DNA from: Syntrophales bacterium
GTDB taxonomy: Bacteria; Desulfobacterota; Syntrophia; Syntrophales; UBA2185
DNA length: 64,000 bases
Direction: 5' to 3'
NCBI GenBank assembly: GCA_052144335.1
Contig: JBKQQP010000053.1
Span: 62,818-126,817 of the forward strand
Shown here: piece by piece, positions 1 to 9,346 of the stretch
How positions within the stretch are numbered: the stretch's first letter is position 1
Layout: each line of letters starts with the position of its first letter
The notes under the pieces: generated by a model
Databases searched by the model: none
What the model was told of the DNA's origin: nothing
The model's input: only the letters and a program-made list of their open reading frames with translations
Translations under genes and position numbers: made by a program

Positions 1-620
1 CTTTCTATGAGATTTTCTGCAATGGCGGCACAGTTAATCTTGACGAACGGATTATCCCGGCGCGGGCTGTTTTTGTGAATCGCATAGGCTATGAGATCTT
101 TGCCGGTGCCCGTTTCCCCAGAAATGAGCACGGTTGTCGTTGTTGGCGCCACTCTCTTGATCGTATCATATATTTTCAGCATCGGTTCACTGGACCCGAT
201 TATCCCTTGCCGGTCTATATCATCGGGGCTGACAAGCAGCTCTTCCTCATTGAGCCTTTGGGTCCTGATGGCCTTATGGATTGTATTTTTCAATTCATCG
301 CGCTCAAAAGGTTTAGTGATATAATCGAAGGCACCCTTCTTCAGCGCATCTACCGCCGTGGCAATAGTTCCATGAGCTGTGATAATGATAACCGGCGTAG
401 ATGGATAATCACGAATCACCCGCTCCAAAAGACCCACGCCATCGAGCTTCGGCATTCTTAGATCAGTCACGACGACTTGCACGCCGCCGCTCTTAAGGAC
501 CTTCAAGGCCTCGATTCCATCCGATGCCGTGGCCACATCATAACCTTCCTTATTCAGCAGGGCCTTCAGGACCAGCCGCATATTGAGCTCATCATCAACG
601 ACTAATATCTTCTCTGCCAT
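1..620 (-). CDS. sigma-54-dependent response regulator (NtrC/AtoC family), C-terminus cut by window edge
   Basis: Own reverse-strand translation from the ATG at 618-620. It reads [42 protein letters not shown]...[13 protein letters not shown] (receiver domain), then ...[37 protein letters not shown] (sigma-54-interaction AAA+ Walker A). It is absent from the ORF track because the frame runs off the window. Confidence 0.85.
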   Translation of the reverse strand, partial: MAEKILVVDDELNMRLVLKALLNKEGYDVATASDGIEALKVLKSGGVQVVVTDLRMPKLDGVGLLERVIRDYPSTPVIIITAHGTIATAVDALKKGAFDYITKPFERDELKNTIHKAIRTQRLNEEELLVSPDDIDRQGIIGSSEPMLKIYDTIKRVAPTTTTVLISGETGTGKDLIAYAIHKNSPRRDNPFVKINCAAIAENLIE

Positions 621-661
621 AGTATGCCTTATAATTCCTTACCGTCTTTATCTCACGCTTC

Positions 662-2185
662 TCAAGTCGCGACACCCAGCCTGATATAGAATATGCTCCC
701 CTGAAGCGGTATGGATTTTACCTTGATATGGCCGCCATGATTCTTGATGATCTTCTGGCTAATGGCAAGGCCAAGGCCGACTCCCCGCTCTTTGGTTGTA
801 AAAAATGGTTTAAAAATATTTTTCATTTCCTCTTTTTTGATTCCTTTTCCCGTATCCCTGATGGAAATGCCTATCGCCTCACCGTCACCGCTGCTGATCT
901 TAGATGTCCTGAAAATCAAGGTCCCGCCCTCAGGCATTGCCTCTATCGCGTTGAATGCTATGTTCAGGATTACCTGAACCAGCTGTTCCGCATCAACTTC
1001 GATGAGGGGTATATCCGGGCGCAACTCTTTTTCAATGACGATATTATCTGAACGCGGGCTCGCTTTGATGACCGATATGGCCTTCTCAATAACCTGATTA
1101 ACATCCTGCATCTTCACTTTAAGGGTATACGGTTTGGCATAATTGAGAAACTGGGATACAACGCTGTTCAACCGGTCTACTTCTTCTATTATGACGTCTA
1201 ACAGCTTCTGATGATCGCCGGCGTTCGATTCCGATCTAAGGTACTGGGCGGCGCCTTTGATGGAACCCAGGGGATTTCGTATTTCATGAGCCAACACGGG
1301 CGCCATTTCCTCGAGGAGGAGAGACTTCTCTTTCTCCAGCATTTCATCGAAGGCATAAAGGGATGTGAATACATCCTTCCCTTCCGGGTAGAAATAACTG
1401 AACATCATCTTTAAGACGAGTTTAAATGGTTCGATGGCAATGACAATTATCAGTGAGGCCAACATAATATGGGTGAAGGGGGGCGTTTCGCCCCTTCCGA
1501 ACAATCCCACAATCAGGGTAAATGCAATAGCGGCAAAAAGAGTGATGATAGAGAGTACAAGTGCCCTTCCCATGAGTTCATGCAACTCCGGCAGGCGGGG
1601 GTGTGTAATAAGAATCAGGACAAAATAAAGCAGGATTGCAATAAAGAGGTTGGATACGGGTGGAAAAGAAAATCCATAATAATAGAATATATCAAACGCG
1701 CTGAGGATTGCGGTTGCCCCACAGGCGCAAGCCAGATACACCATCCGGGTTCTTTCAACGCCTACGGGCCTATTTCTAATATACAGGATAAGGGCAACAT
1801 AACAGACAGCAATTGCAGTTCCGGCATATATTAAGAAGACCGTTTCCAGGTAGGGCCAGCTGTAAAGCGGGGAGAAAACGACAACGGCAAGGACAAAACT
1901 GAAGATTGTGCAGGATATGATATCTCTTTTTGTCAAGAAGGTCTGTTCACGAAGGAGAGAGCGTACAAATTTAATCGAACAGGGAGGGATGGCTATCAAT
2001 CCCGCGTATTCTATAATTCTCCAGTTATGACCGGTAAGAATTTCATTGAAAAAGGCGCCGCTCTTATAGAAAAAGATGGCGAGACAAAGTGAAGCAAAAG
2101 CCAGATGGGTAGGAACTTTTTTTTTATTTATAATCAGGGTAAGAGAAATTATCAGGCTGACCGTTGCTAATGTAAAGGTTTCCAT
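662..2185 (-). CDS. membrane sensor histidine kinase
   Basis: 507-aa ORF. The N-terminal half has about 8 hydrophobic segments. It is followed by the H-box HEIRNPLGSIKGAAQYL and HATPase_c motifs (NIAFNAIEAM, RDTGKGI, GVGLGLAIS). The stop lies 41 nt upstream of the regulator ATG at 620, so this looks like an HK->RR operon. Confidence 0.85.
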   Translation of the reverse strand: METFTLATVSLIISLTLIINKKKVPTHLAFASLCLAIFFYKSGAFFNEILTGHNWRIIEYAGLIAIPPCSIKFVRSLLREQTFLTKRDIISCTIFSFVLAVVVFSPLYSWPYLETVFLIYAGTAIAVCYVALILYIRNRPVGVERTRMVYLACACGATAILSAFDIFYYYGFSFPPVSNLFIAILLYFVLILITHPRLPELHELMGRALVLSIITLFAAIAFTLIVGLFGRGETPPFTHIMLASLIIVIAIEPFKLVLKMMFSYFYPEGKDVFTSLYAFDEMLEKEKSLLLEEMAPVLAHEIRNPLGSIKGAAQYLRSESNAGDHQKLLDVIIEEVDRLNSVVSQFLNYAKPYTLKVKMQDVNQVIEKAISVIKASPRSDNIVIEKELRPDIPLIEVDAEQLVQVILNIAFNAIEAMPEGGTLIFRTSKISSGDGEAIGISIRDTGKGIKKEEMKNIFKPFFTTKERGVGLGLAISQKIIKNHGGHIKVKSIPLQGSIFYIRLGVAT

Positions 2186-2282
2186 AAAGAATTGTCTTTT
2201 TAAATAATGATATATGAATGAAGATATAGATAAAAAACGAGGATGTCAAGAAAGACAAGAAGGAGATGATTAAACCGCGGGA

Positions 2283-2327
2283 GAAAAAAGGCCGAGCATG
2301 TTGTAAGCATGCTCGGCCACCTTTTTC
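2283..2327 (-). terminator. rho-independent terminator after the small lipoprotein gene (bidirectional appearance)
   Basis: 11-bp perfect stem GGCCGAGCATG (2290-2300) / CATGCTCGGCC (2308-2318) with a 7-nt loop. The A-run at 2284-2289 is a U-run on the minus strand. There is also a T-run at 2322-2326 on the plus side. Confidence 0.6.
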
Positions 2328-2346
2328 TTTCAAGATATTACCAATG

Positions 2347-2580
2347 CTACTTATGCGCGGGGGCAGCTGGTGCCGGTGCTGGTGCCGGTGGCGCTGGTGG
2401 GGCCGCTGGCGCTCCCGGTGCCGGTGCTGGCGCTCCTGGTGCTGCCGGGGCCGGAGCCGCTGCTTCTTTCTTCGCAGGCTCAGGCGGTTTCTTCTCTGGT
2501 GCTGATGGGCAGCCTACTAATGTAAATGTAACCGCCACGACGAAAAGAATTGATAAAATGATTGCAAGCAGTTTCCTCAT
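2347..2580 (-). CDS. small secreted Pro/Ala-rich lipoprotein (hypothetical)
   Basis: 77 aa. The signal peptide plus lipobox is MRKLLAIILSILFVVAVTFTLVGC. The remainder is low-complexity: PSAPEKKPPEPAKKEAAAPAPAAPGAPAPAPGAPAAPPAPPAPAPAPAAPAHK. A strong SD (AAGGAGG) sits about 8 nt upstream of the ATG and a terminator follows directly. Confidence 0.6.
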   Translation of the reverse strand: MRKLLAIILSILFVVAVTFTLVGCPSAPEKKPPEPAKKEAAAPAPAAPGAPAPAPGAPAAPPAPPAPAPAPAAPAHK

Positions 2581-2909
2581 CGATTCTTACCTCCTTTGTG
2601 AAAAAAGTTTCTGTCGTTGGTAAATCAACCCGTTCCTTGATGCTGGGAAGATACTCCATATATTTTTGCCTTGTCAAGATAAATTTTTTGCCGTTTGAAG
2701 AATACTCCCGAGCAGTTGTGATCAGCAGAAATGGTCTCCAATTTTGCATTATTATATGATGCGTAATCGCATACGCACTGCAAAGAGAATTACGCGTTAT
2801 AAGCCCGTAGCACCCCCTTCTGGAAGCCACCCGGAAAAATCAAATTAATCATAAATTAGTCAATAAATATGGGTCATTATAGTCCACAGAAGGGTGCCAA
2901 ACATGCTCC

Positions 2910-2925
2910 TGGCACGGATAATGCT
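2910..2925 (+). promoter_or_regulatory. candidate sigma-54 (-24/-12) promoter of the lipid operon
   Basis: cTGGCACggataATGCTg compared with the consensus TGGCAC-N5-TTGCW. The invariant GG and GC are present at correct spacing. The element ends 47 nt upstream of the ATG at 2973 and is divergent from an NtrC-type regulator operon. Confidence 0.55.
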
Positions 2926-2972
2926 GGGCGCTTACAAGTTTATGGCAAAAATTTGCACGAAGGATTTCAGTA

Positions 2973-4172
2973 ATGGATTTTAATCTCACAAGCGCTCAAC
3001 AGATGTATGTAGATACAGTTAAGAGATTTGTCAGGCACGGAATTATACCGCAGGTTATGGAACTAGAAAAGAAGCATACTTTTCCCTGGGAAATTATCCA
3101 GAAAGCTTGGAGCCTCGGAATTTTGAATCTGAGCATCCCTGAATCGGTTAAAGGATTTGAGGTTGATCCCGTTTCCACAGCCCTTATTATTAAAGAACTA
3201 TCCTACGGAGATACCGGGATTTCCACGTCGGCAATGTGCAATGACCTCGCAAATACAGTTATTGCCCAACATGGTACGGATGAACAGAAGGCCCTTTTCT
3301 TAGGTCCCTTTGTCGAGAATCCCGTGATGGCCTCTTTCTGCCTGACGGAACCAGGCGCCGGTTCCGACAACTCTGCGATGACGACGTTCATCAAAAAGAG
3401 CCCCGATGGGACGTATGTCCTCAATGGCAGCAAGTGCTTCATCACCAATGCTTCCTATGCATCACAGTTCACCGTTTTTTGTAAAGTCGGCAAACCAACG
3501 GGCAATTTCATGGCCTGCTTAATAGTTCCCGCCCTGCAGGTGCTTCCCTCCAATTCGGATCCGCATCTCGCCCATGGCAAAGAGATGACTCTTCCCACGG
3601 GCGGAAAAATCATCATCGGAAAACCGGAAGACAAGCTGGGACAGCGTTTGTCAAATACGGCCGCCGTCACATTTGAAGACGTAGTTATCAATGAGAATCA
3701 GATAATCGGAGATCGGAGGCAGGGGTTCAAGTATGTCATCGACGTTCTTGACTATGCCCGCCCCATGGTTGCGGCAATTGGCGTGGGGCTCGCCAAACGG
3801 GCATTAGATGTTACTTTGGAATACACAAGAGAGCGCAAGCAATTCGGGCAAAGAATTTGTGATTTGCCGGTTGCAAGAGAGACCTTGGTGCTAATGTGGA
3901 AAAAGGTCGAGCTTGCGGATATGGCGCTCTTGAAAGCGGCTTGCAAGGTTCAGGAAAAAGCCGACGACAGGGGCATGTACGCCTCGCTCGCGAAGAATGC
4001 CGCCGCGGAGGCGGCCTTGTTCTGCGCCAACGAAGGCCTGCATCTCCATGGCGGATATGGATTCATGTCAGAATATGAAATCTCGAAGCTGGCAAGGGAT
4101 GCGCACATCATCGACATTTACGAGGGTGTGCGAGAGGTCCAGAACATGATTATCGGAAGGGAGCTTGTATGA
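2973..4172 (+). CDS. acyl-CoA (or acyl-ACP) dehydrogenase family flavoprotein
   Basis: 399 aa with ACAD-like sequence throughout (FCLTEPGAGSD, ...IYEGVREVQNMIIGREL with the catalytic-Glu context). The stop overlaps the next start (ATGA at 4169-4172). Confidence 0.85.
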   Translation: MDFNLTSAQQMYVDTVKRFVRHGIIPQVMELEKKHTFPWEIIQKAWSLGILNLSIPESVKGFEVDPVSTALIIKELSYGDTGISTSAMCNDLANTVIAQHGTDEQKALFLGPFVENPVMASFCLTEPGAGSDNSAMTTFIKKSPDGTYVLNGSKCFITNASYASQFTVFCKVGKPTGNFMACLIVPALQVLPSNSDPHLAHGKEMTLPTGGKIIIGKPEDKLGQRLSNTAAVTFEDVVINENQIIGDRRQGFKYVIDVLDYARPMVAAIGVGLAKRALDVTLEYTRERKQFGQRICDLPVARETLVLMWKKVELADMALLKAACKVQEKADDRGMYASLAKNAAAEAALFCANEGLHLHGGYGFMSEYEISKLARDAHIIDIYEGVREVQNMIIGRELV

Positions 4173-5161
4173 GTGTACTCTATCTTCACGGTATGGGCCA
4201 TTTCCACCCGGAGAATGTTATCACCAATAGATTTTTGGAAGAGATGGATATCGGAACAAATGAGACATGGATCATGGAGAGGGTTGGTATTCACACACGA
4301 CGCACCGTGCTCCCTTTGGACTATATAAAGGAGACGAAAAATAGAGACCCGAGAGAAGCCTTCGCGGCAGGCCTTTACAATAACGCGCAAACGGGCGCAT
4401 CTGCCGCGCGGATGGCCACCGAGCGCGCCGGACTCAAAAAGGAAGATATCGGGCTTGTCATCTCCGGTAGCTCGGCCGCAGATAATGCTTCACCTGCGGA
4501 AGCTTCCACCATAGCTGCGGAATTGGGAATCGATGTACCCTGCTTCGACGTGAATTCTGCCTGCACCAGCTTTGGAACACAGCTGCATCTTATGAGCCTC
4601 ATGCGGCCCGAGGCGCTGCCGCCTTTTGTCCTTCTGGTTAATCCAGAAAATCTCACGCGCTGTGTGGACTATGCCGATCGTAAATCCGCGGTGCTGTTCG
4701 GTGATGGCAGTTCCGCGGCGGTTATATCAGCCACGGTGCCGTCGCGCAAATCCTTCACGGCATGCGCTTATGAAACGAAACCGTCAGACTGGGATAAGGT
4801 GGGGATACCCCGCATGGGTTACTTCCACCAAGACGGGAATGCTGTCCAGGGCTTTGCCATTCGCAAGACAACAGATGCTATTCGCATGCTGCAAAAGACC
4901 TATGCACTCAACGGCAATCGCTTCATCTTTATCGGCCATCAGGCCAATATGGGCATGCTGAAAACTGTCTGCGAACGTTCGCAAATTACGGAAACCAATC
5001 ATTGGCACAATGTAGAATTTTTTGGCAACACCGGCTGCTCCGGAGCGCCGACTGTTCTCAGCCAACGGTGGAATGATCTCAAGCCGGGGGATCATGTGGC
5101 CATTGCCATTGTCGGGGCGGGACTGTCCTGGGTGCACATGGTCTTACAGGTAGAGGAATAA
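4169..5161 (+). CDS. 3-oxoacyl-ACP synthase III-like (KAS III / FabH family)
   Basis: 330 aa. The Cys-His-Asn triad contexts are present: DVNSACTSF, IGHQANMGML, FGNTGCSGAP. Confidence 0.8.
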   Translation: MSVLYLHGMGHFHPENVITNRFLEEMDIGTNETWIMERVGIHTRRTVLPLDYIKETKNRDPREAFAAGLYNNAQTGASAARMATERAGLKKEDIGLVISGSSAADNASPAEASTIAAELGIDVPCFDVNSACTSFGTQLHLMSLMRPEALPPFVLLVNPENLTRCVDYADRKSAVLFGDGSSAAVISATVPSRKSFTACAYETKPSDWDKVGIPRMGYFHQDGNAVQGFAIRKTTDAIRMLQKTYALNGNRFIFIGHQANMGMLKTVCERSQITETNHWHNVEFFGNTGCSGAPTVLSQRWNDLKPGDHVAIAIVGAGLSWVHMVLQVEE

Positions 5162-5163
5162 TC

Positions 5164-5757
5164 ATGAAGTATGCGGAATTCAGAGAATGTCAGAGCTTCG
5201 GGCTGGAGCAACTCATCGCTTTTTCCTACGGGACACTGGTAGATGATCCGCCTGCAAATTTCGAGGCCCGTTTACCGGCACCCCCCTTTCTTATGGTAGA
5301 TCGGGTGCTCTCATTTTCTACTGTCGGCAGGCAAGGTTCGATCGTAGCCGAACAGGATATTAAACTGGACGCCTGGTATTTTCAGTGCCACATGCCCGGG
5401 GACCCGGTGCAGCCGGGCTGCCTCTGTGTAGATGCGGTGTGGCAACTTCTGGGTTTTTATTGTGTATGGCGCGGTGCCTTAGGCGCTGGCAGGGCCCTCG
5501 GTTGCGGTGAGATTACCTTCAGCGGTCAGATTCGCCCTTATAATAAATGCGTCCGCTACGATATTGAAGTGAGACGTTTCGCCCAATTGAAGGACTCGGG
5601 CGCGAGCATTGCAATTGGAGACGGTAAAGTTTTTGTCGACAATGAACTGATTGCCCACATCAAAGATGCCCGTACGGGTGTTTTCAAGGAGATTATCTAT
5701 CCTGACTATCCGAAAAGATCGGTAAACTCTATCGGCGGCATCATGAGGAGTGGCTGA
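5164..5757 (+). CDS. fabA: FabA-type 3-hydroxyacyl-ACP dehydratase/isomerase
   Basis: 197 aa. From memory it aligns along its length with E. coli FabA. Matches are LPAPPFLMVDRV (E. coli LPAPNMLMMDRV), DAWYFQCHMPGDPVQPGCLCVDAVWQLLGFY ([31 protein letters not shown]) and GRALGCGEITFSGQIRP (GRALGVGEVKFTGQVLP). Confidence 0.8.
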   Translation: MKYAEFRECQSFGLEQLIAFSYGTLVDDPPANFEARLPAPPFLMVDRVLSFSTVGRQGSIVAEQDIKLDAWYFQCHMPGDPVQPGCLCVDAVWQLLGFYCVWRGALGAGRALGCGEITFSGQIRPYNKCVRYDIEVRRFAQLKDSGASIAIGDGKVFVDNELIAHIKDARTGVFKEIIYPDYPKRSVNSIGGIMRSG

Positions 5758-6485
5758 TGAGTGAGAAACCTGTTGCCATTGTAACGGGCGGCGGAAGAGG
5801 AATAGGTGCGGCTTGTTGCCGGGCGCTGTCAAAAGAAGGATTTCTGGTGGGCATTCACTATCGGAGCAGCCAGGAACAGGCAAGAGCTTTGCTCTCTGAG
5901 ATAGGTGATGGCTTTCTTCTTCAGGCTGATCTCACCAATGTGGATCAGGTGGAAGCCTTGGTCAACAAGACAAAAGAGGACGCGGGCCGCGTGGATGTCC
6001 TTGTCAATAGTGCCGGACTATCTCTCAATGCCGATATCGTCAGCATGAAGATCGAGCAATTCGATGCCCAGCGGGCCTTGATGCGCGGCATATGGTTTCT
6101 CACCAAACGCATAATCCGCCTCTTCATGCTGCGTCAGAGGGGAGGCCGCATCATAAATATATCGAGCGTCGTGGGACATACCGGCAATGCCGGCCAGATC
6201 CCATACACCATGGAAAAGGCCGCTCTCGACGCTTTTACAAAGTCCCTGTCGAAAGAACTGGCGGGAAGGAATATCCTCGTCAATTCCGTTGCCCCGGGAT
6301 TCATTGAGACAGAGATGACACAGAATCTCCCCGAAGAGGTGCAGCGGAGGATCCTCGAGAATATTACCCTGGGCCGCATGGGACGCCCCGAAGAGGTGGC
6401 GGAGGTGGTGGCCTTTCTCGCAACAAGGGGTTCCTATATATCGGGAAGCGTCATCCATGTGAATGGGGGGCTCTATGGCGGCTGA
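5757..6485 (+). CDS. fabG: 3-oxoacyl-ACP reductase (SDR, FabG-like)
   Basis: 242 aa with the cofactor motif TGGGRGIG, the catalytic YTMEK (YxxxK) and NSVAPGFIETEM. The ATG overlaps the preceding stop by 1 nt. Confidence 0.8.
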   Translation: MSEKPVAIVTGGGRGIGAACCRALSKEGFLVGIHYRSSQEQARALLSEIGDGFLLQADLTNVDQVEALVNKTKEDAGRVDVLVNSAGLSLNADIVSMKIEQFDAQRALMRGIWFLTKRIIRLFMLRQRGGRIINISSVVGHTGNAGQIPYTMEKAALDAFTKSLSKELAGRNILVNSVAPGFIETEMTQNLPEEVQRRILENITLGRMGRPEEVAEVVAFLATRGSYISGSVIHVNGGLYGG

Positions 6486-6951
6486 TCGGGAAACGATGAC
6501 ACGAATTCTAAATAGTGTTCCTCAGGAGCATCCCTTTCGCTTTATCGACGATATATTGGAACTGGATGATGAACACATTGTAGGCACTTACCGCTTTCGT
6601 GAGGATGAGTATTTTTACAAGGGACACTTCCCCGGCCAGCCGATCACCCCAGGTGTCATTCTCATCGAAGCCATGGCACAGACGGGGGTTGTCGCCTTCG
6701 GCCTTTATCTTCACATGAGGCAGACCCATACAACTGTGGAGGATGCAAAAAAGCTGACTACATTATTTACCCTTGCCGAAGGAGTGGAGTTCACGGGGGT
6801 CGTACATCCCGGTGAGCGAGTGATCGTTAAAGGTCACAAAGTCTATTTTCGCATGGGAAATCTGAAAATGAAGGTTTCCATGGAAAGAGAAAATGGAGAG
6901 ACGGTGAGTTCCGGCATACTTGCCGGGAGGGGAGTGCCTTCCCGGATTTAG
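6463..6951 (+). CDS. FabZ-like hotdog-fold 3-hydroxyacyl-ACP dehydratase
   Basis: 162 aa with HPFRFIDDILELD...YFYKGHFPGQPITPGVILIEAMAQTG, a FabZ-type His context. The start is uncertain between 6463 and the ATG at 6475. Either start overlaps the fabG stop at 6483-6485. Confidence 0.7.
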   Translation: MGGSMAADRETMTRILNSVPQEHPFRFIDDILELDDEHIVGTYRFREDEYFYKGHFPGQPITPGVILIEAMAQTGVVAFGLYLHMRQTHTTVEDAKKLTTLFTLAEGVEFTGVVHPGERVIVKGHKVYFRMGNLKMKVSMERENGETVSSGILAGRGVPSRI

Positions 6952-6983
6952 CGCTTAATGATTTCTATGGAGGTTTACTTTAG

Positions 6984-8276
6984 TTGAAAAGAAGGGTCGT
7001 CATAACCGGGATGGGAATAGCAGCCCCCAATGCCCACGGCTTGGTCAATTTTGAAGATGCCCTGCGGAAAGGCCTCTCCGGCATCCGGTTTTTTCCTGAA
7101 CTTAAGGAATTGAACTTTTCTTGCCAGATAGGCGCGGCCCCGCACGACTTTGACAATATCCGCAAGGGCTATTTTAATGAAGATACACTGATGTCGATGA
7201 ACGAAAATATCGGCTACGCAGCTGTTTCTGCCGTAGACGCATGGACCGACGCCGGTTTCAAGATGCCTGACATTCACGATGATACGGTGGACTGGGATAC
7301 AGGCGTAATTGTCGGCTCCGGAATCGGCGGCATGGATACAATTACAACCATTCTCGTGCCCATGGTCTCCCAAGGAAAAGTGCGCCGCATGGGAAGCCGT
7401 ATAGTGGAGCAGGTGATGAACAGCGGCACAAGCGCATGTATCGCGGGCCTCTTGGCCCTCGGGAATCAGGTGACTTCAAATTCGTCTGCCTGCAGCACGG
7501 GGAATGAGGCGATTGTTGAAGGGATGTGGAGAATACGGAATGGTCTTGCAAAGAGGGTCTTGGCCGGTGGCTCTGAAGGCCAATCCCCTTTTATCTGGGC
7601 CGGATTCGAGGCCATGCGCGTTATCTGCAAGAAGTTTAATGATTACCCGGAGGCTGCTTCACGGCCGATGAGCGCCACCGCATGTGGTTTTGTCCCCGGG
7701 TCGGGTGCTGGAATTCTGGTGCTTGAAGACCTGGAATCCGCGCTGGCACGTGGAGTAAGAATTTATGCTGAAGTTCTCGGAGGCGCTGTCAATTGCGGAG
7801 GGCATCGTATGGGCGGCTCCATAACCGCACCGAATCCCGAGGGTGTCAAACGATGCATCAAGGCCGCCATATCCGACGCATGTATTGTGCCGGCTGATAT
7901 AGACGCAATCAACGGCCACTTAACGGCAACCTTTGCCGATCCTTATGAAGTGAAGAATTGGTCGGCAGCCCTCGAGCGCGGCCCCGCCAATTTTCCCTAC
8001 ATCAATTCCACAAAATCTATGGTGGGGCATTGCTTAGGCGCAGCGGGCGCGATAGAGAGCGTTGCCGTCGTATTGCAATTATACAAGGGTTTCCTCCATC
8101 CTTCCGTTAATTGTGAGGATATACACCCCGATATCGCTGAATTTAAAGATAAGGTGCCACAGAAGTGCATGGATTATCCTGAATTAAATATGATCGCCAA
8201 AGCCGGTTTCGGCTTCGGCGATGTGAACAGCTGTCTCATCTTCAAGAGATGGAATAATAACCAAAGGAGCTATTAA
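6984..8276 (+). CDS. beta-ketoacyl-ACP synthase (KAS I/II family, divergent)
   Basis: 430 aa with a TTG start and GGAGG 10 nt upstream. The Cys-His-His contexts are NSSACSTGNEA, INGHLTATFADP (unusual compared with HGTST) and STKSMVGHCLGAAG. Confidence 0.85.
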   Translation: MKRRVVITGMGIAAPNAHGLVNFEDALRKGLSGIRFFPELKELNFSCQIGAAPHDFDNIRKGYFNEDTLMSMNENIGYAAVSAVDAWTDAGFKMPDIHDDTVDWDTGVIVGSGIGGMDTITTILVPMVSQGKVRRMGSRIVEQVMNSGTSACIAGLLALGNQVTSNSSACSTGNEAIVEGMWRIRNGLAKRVLAGGSEGQSPFIWAGFEAMRVICKKFNDYPEAASRPMSATACGFVPGSGAGILVLEDLESALARGVRIYAEVLGGAVNCGGHRMGGSITAPNPEGVKRCIKAAISDACIVPADIDAINGHLTATFADPYEVKNWSAALERGPANFPYINSTKSMVGHCLGAAGAIESVAVVLQLYKGFLHPSVNCEDIHPDIAEFKDKVPQKCMDYPELNMIAKAGFGFGDVNSCLIFKRWNNNQRSY

Positions 8277-8279
8277 GAA

Positions 8280-8528
8280 ATGGACGAACAGACAATTTTT
8301 AACAAAATGATCGATATCCTCAGGGGCTACACGAAGGACCCGACCTTGCTGGACAAGGCGACAAAGGATACCCACATTCTCAATGACCTCAAGGTCAATT
8401 CCGCCAGGCTGGTAGATGTAATTATAAAGTGTGAAGACACATTCGGCATCACCGTCGAAGATGACGAGGCCGATAAGATAGGTACAGTCGGAGATGCGGT
8501 GGCTATCATCAAAAGCAAATTAGGATAA
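8280..8528 (+). CDS. acyl carrier protein (dedicated)
   Basis: 82 aa with ACP-like helix pattern DLKVNSARLVDVIIKCEDTFGITVEDDE. The probable phosphopantetheine Ser lies in NSA rather than the usual DSL. An AGGAG SD is present. Confidence 0.7.
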   Translation: MDEQTIFNKMIDILRGYTKDPTLLDKATKDTHILNDLKVNSARLVDVIIKCEDTFGITVEDDEADKIGTVGDAVAIIKSKLG

Positions 8529-8536
8529 GGTCAGTC

Positions 8537-9346
8537 ATGAAGAAGATGTTGATGCTCCAGGGCCCTCTGCTGATTCAATACATGCTCGGTCAGATAGCTA
8601 TCTTTGTTATCGCCCCGCTTTATTTTTCAGTCATCTGGCTCATGGGCTACAGGGTGAGGAATATACAGAAGATCAGGCAGGAGTGTTCCCGTTATTTCAG
8701 GAATTACGAGGGGCCGTGGATCATCTGCGCGAATCACCTTACAATGATCGATTCCATGATCATTACATATGCGGTATTTTCTTTCACCCGTAATTTACTG
8801 CACTACCGTGAGCTGCCCTGGAATTTGCCAGAAAGAAGCAATTTCCAGCGGAATACTTTCATGGCAATCCTGTGCTACCTGGCCAAGTGCGTCCCCATCA
8901 ACAGGGGCGGCAATCGTGAAGAGATGAAAAAAACCCTTGATAAATGCACATCGCTTCTCGAATGGAAACAACCATTACTGATTTTTCCTGAAGGAGGGCG
9001 CTCCCGGACCGGCCGCGTGAATACCGAGAGTTTTTCCTACGGTGTGGGCCGGTTCATCAAAGATTTTGAAAACTGCAAGGTAATGTGTATCTATCTGCGA
9101 GGCGATAGCCAGCACTCTTACGGCTTCATTCCCAGATTTCGCGAGCGCTTTACAGTGAATGTGGAAGTCTTTCGGCCCGAACTAACACAAGAAAACGGAC
9201 TCAGGGCTCAGCGCAATTATGCAGAGCAGATCATCAACCACATGGCACAAATGGAGAAAGGTTATTTTGATTCGCATAGGCAACGATATTGTGGATCTGA
9301 CCGATCCGCACAATATGGGGACGAGTCGGAATACGCGATTCATTAA
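8537..9346 (+). CDS. lysophospholipid/glycerolipid acyltransferase (PlsC/LPLAT family)
   Basis: 269 aa with an N-terminal TM segment, the HX4D motif CANHLTMIDS and IFPEGGRSRTG. Confidence 0.75.
   Translation: MKKMLMLQGPLLIQYMLGQIAIFVIAPLYFSVIWLMGYRVRNIQKIRQECSRYFRNYEGPWIICANHLTMIDSMIITYAVFSFTRNLLHYRELPWNLPERSNFQRNTFMAILCYLAKCVPINRGGNREEMKKTLDKCTSLLEWKQPLLIFPEGGRSRTGRVNTESFSYGVGRFIKDFENCKVMCIYLRGDSQHSYGFIPRFRERFTVNVEVFRPELTQENGLRAQRNYAEQIINHMAQMEKGYFDSHRQRYCGSDRSAQYGDESEYAIH

Noticed and set aside
2309-2623. Plus-strand 104-aa Gly/Ala-rich ORF (…GAGAGAGGAGGAAGAPGAGAGAPGAAGAGAA…).
   Set aside because: It is the mirror image of the minus-strand Pro/Ala lipoprotein ORF. Only the minus frame has an SD, a signal peptide with lipobox, and a terminator. 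The plus frame has none of these and runs across the terminator hairpin.
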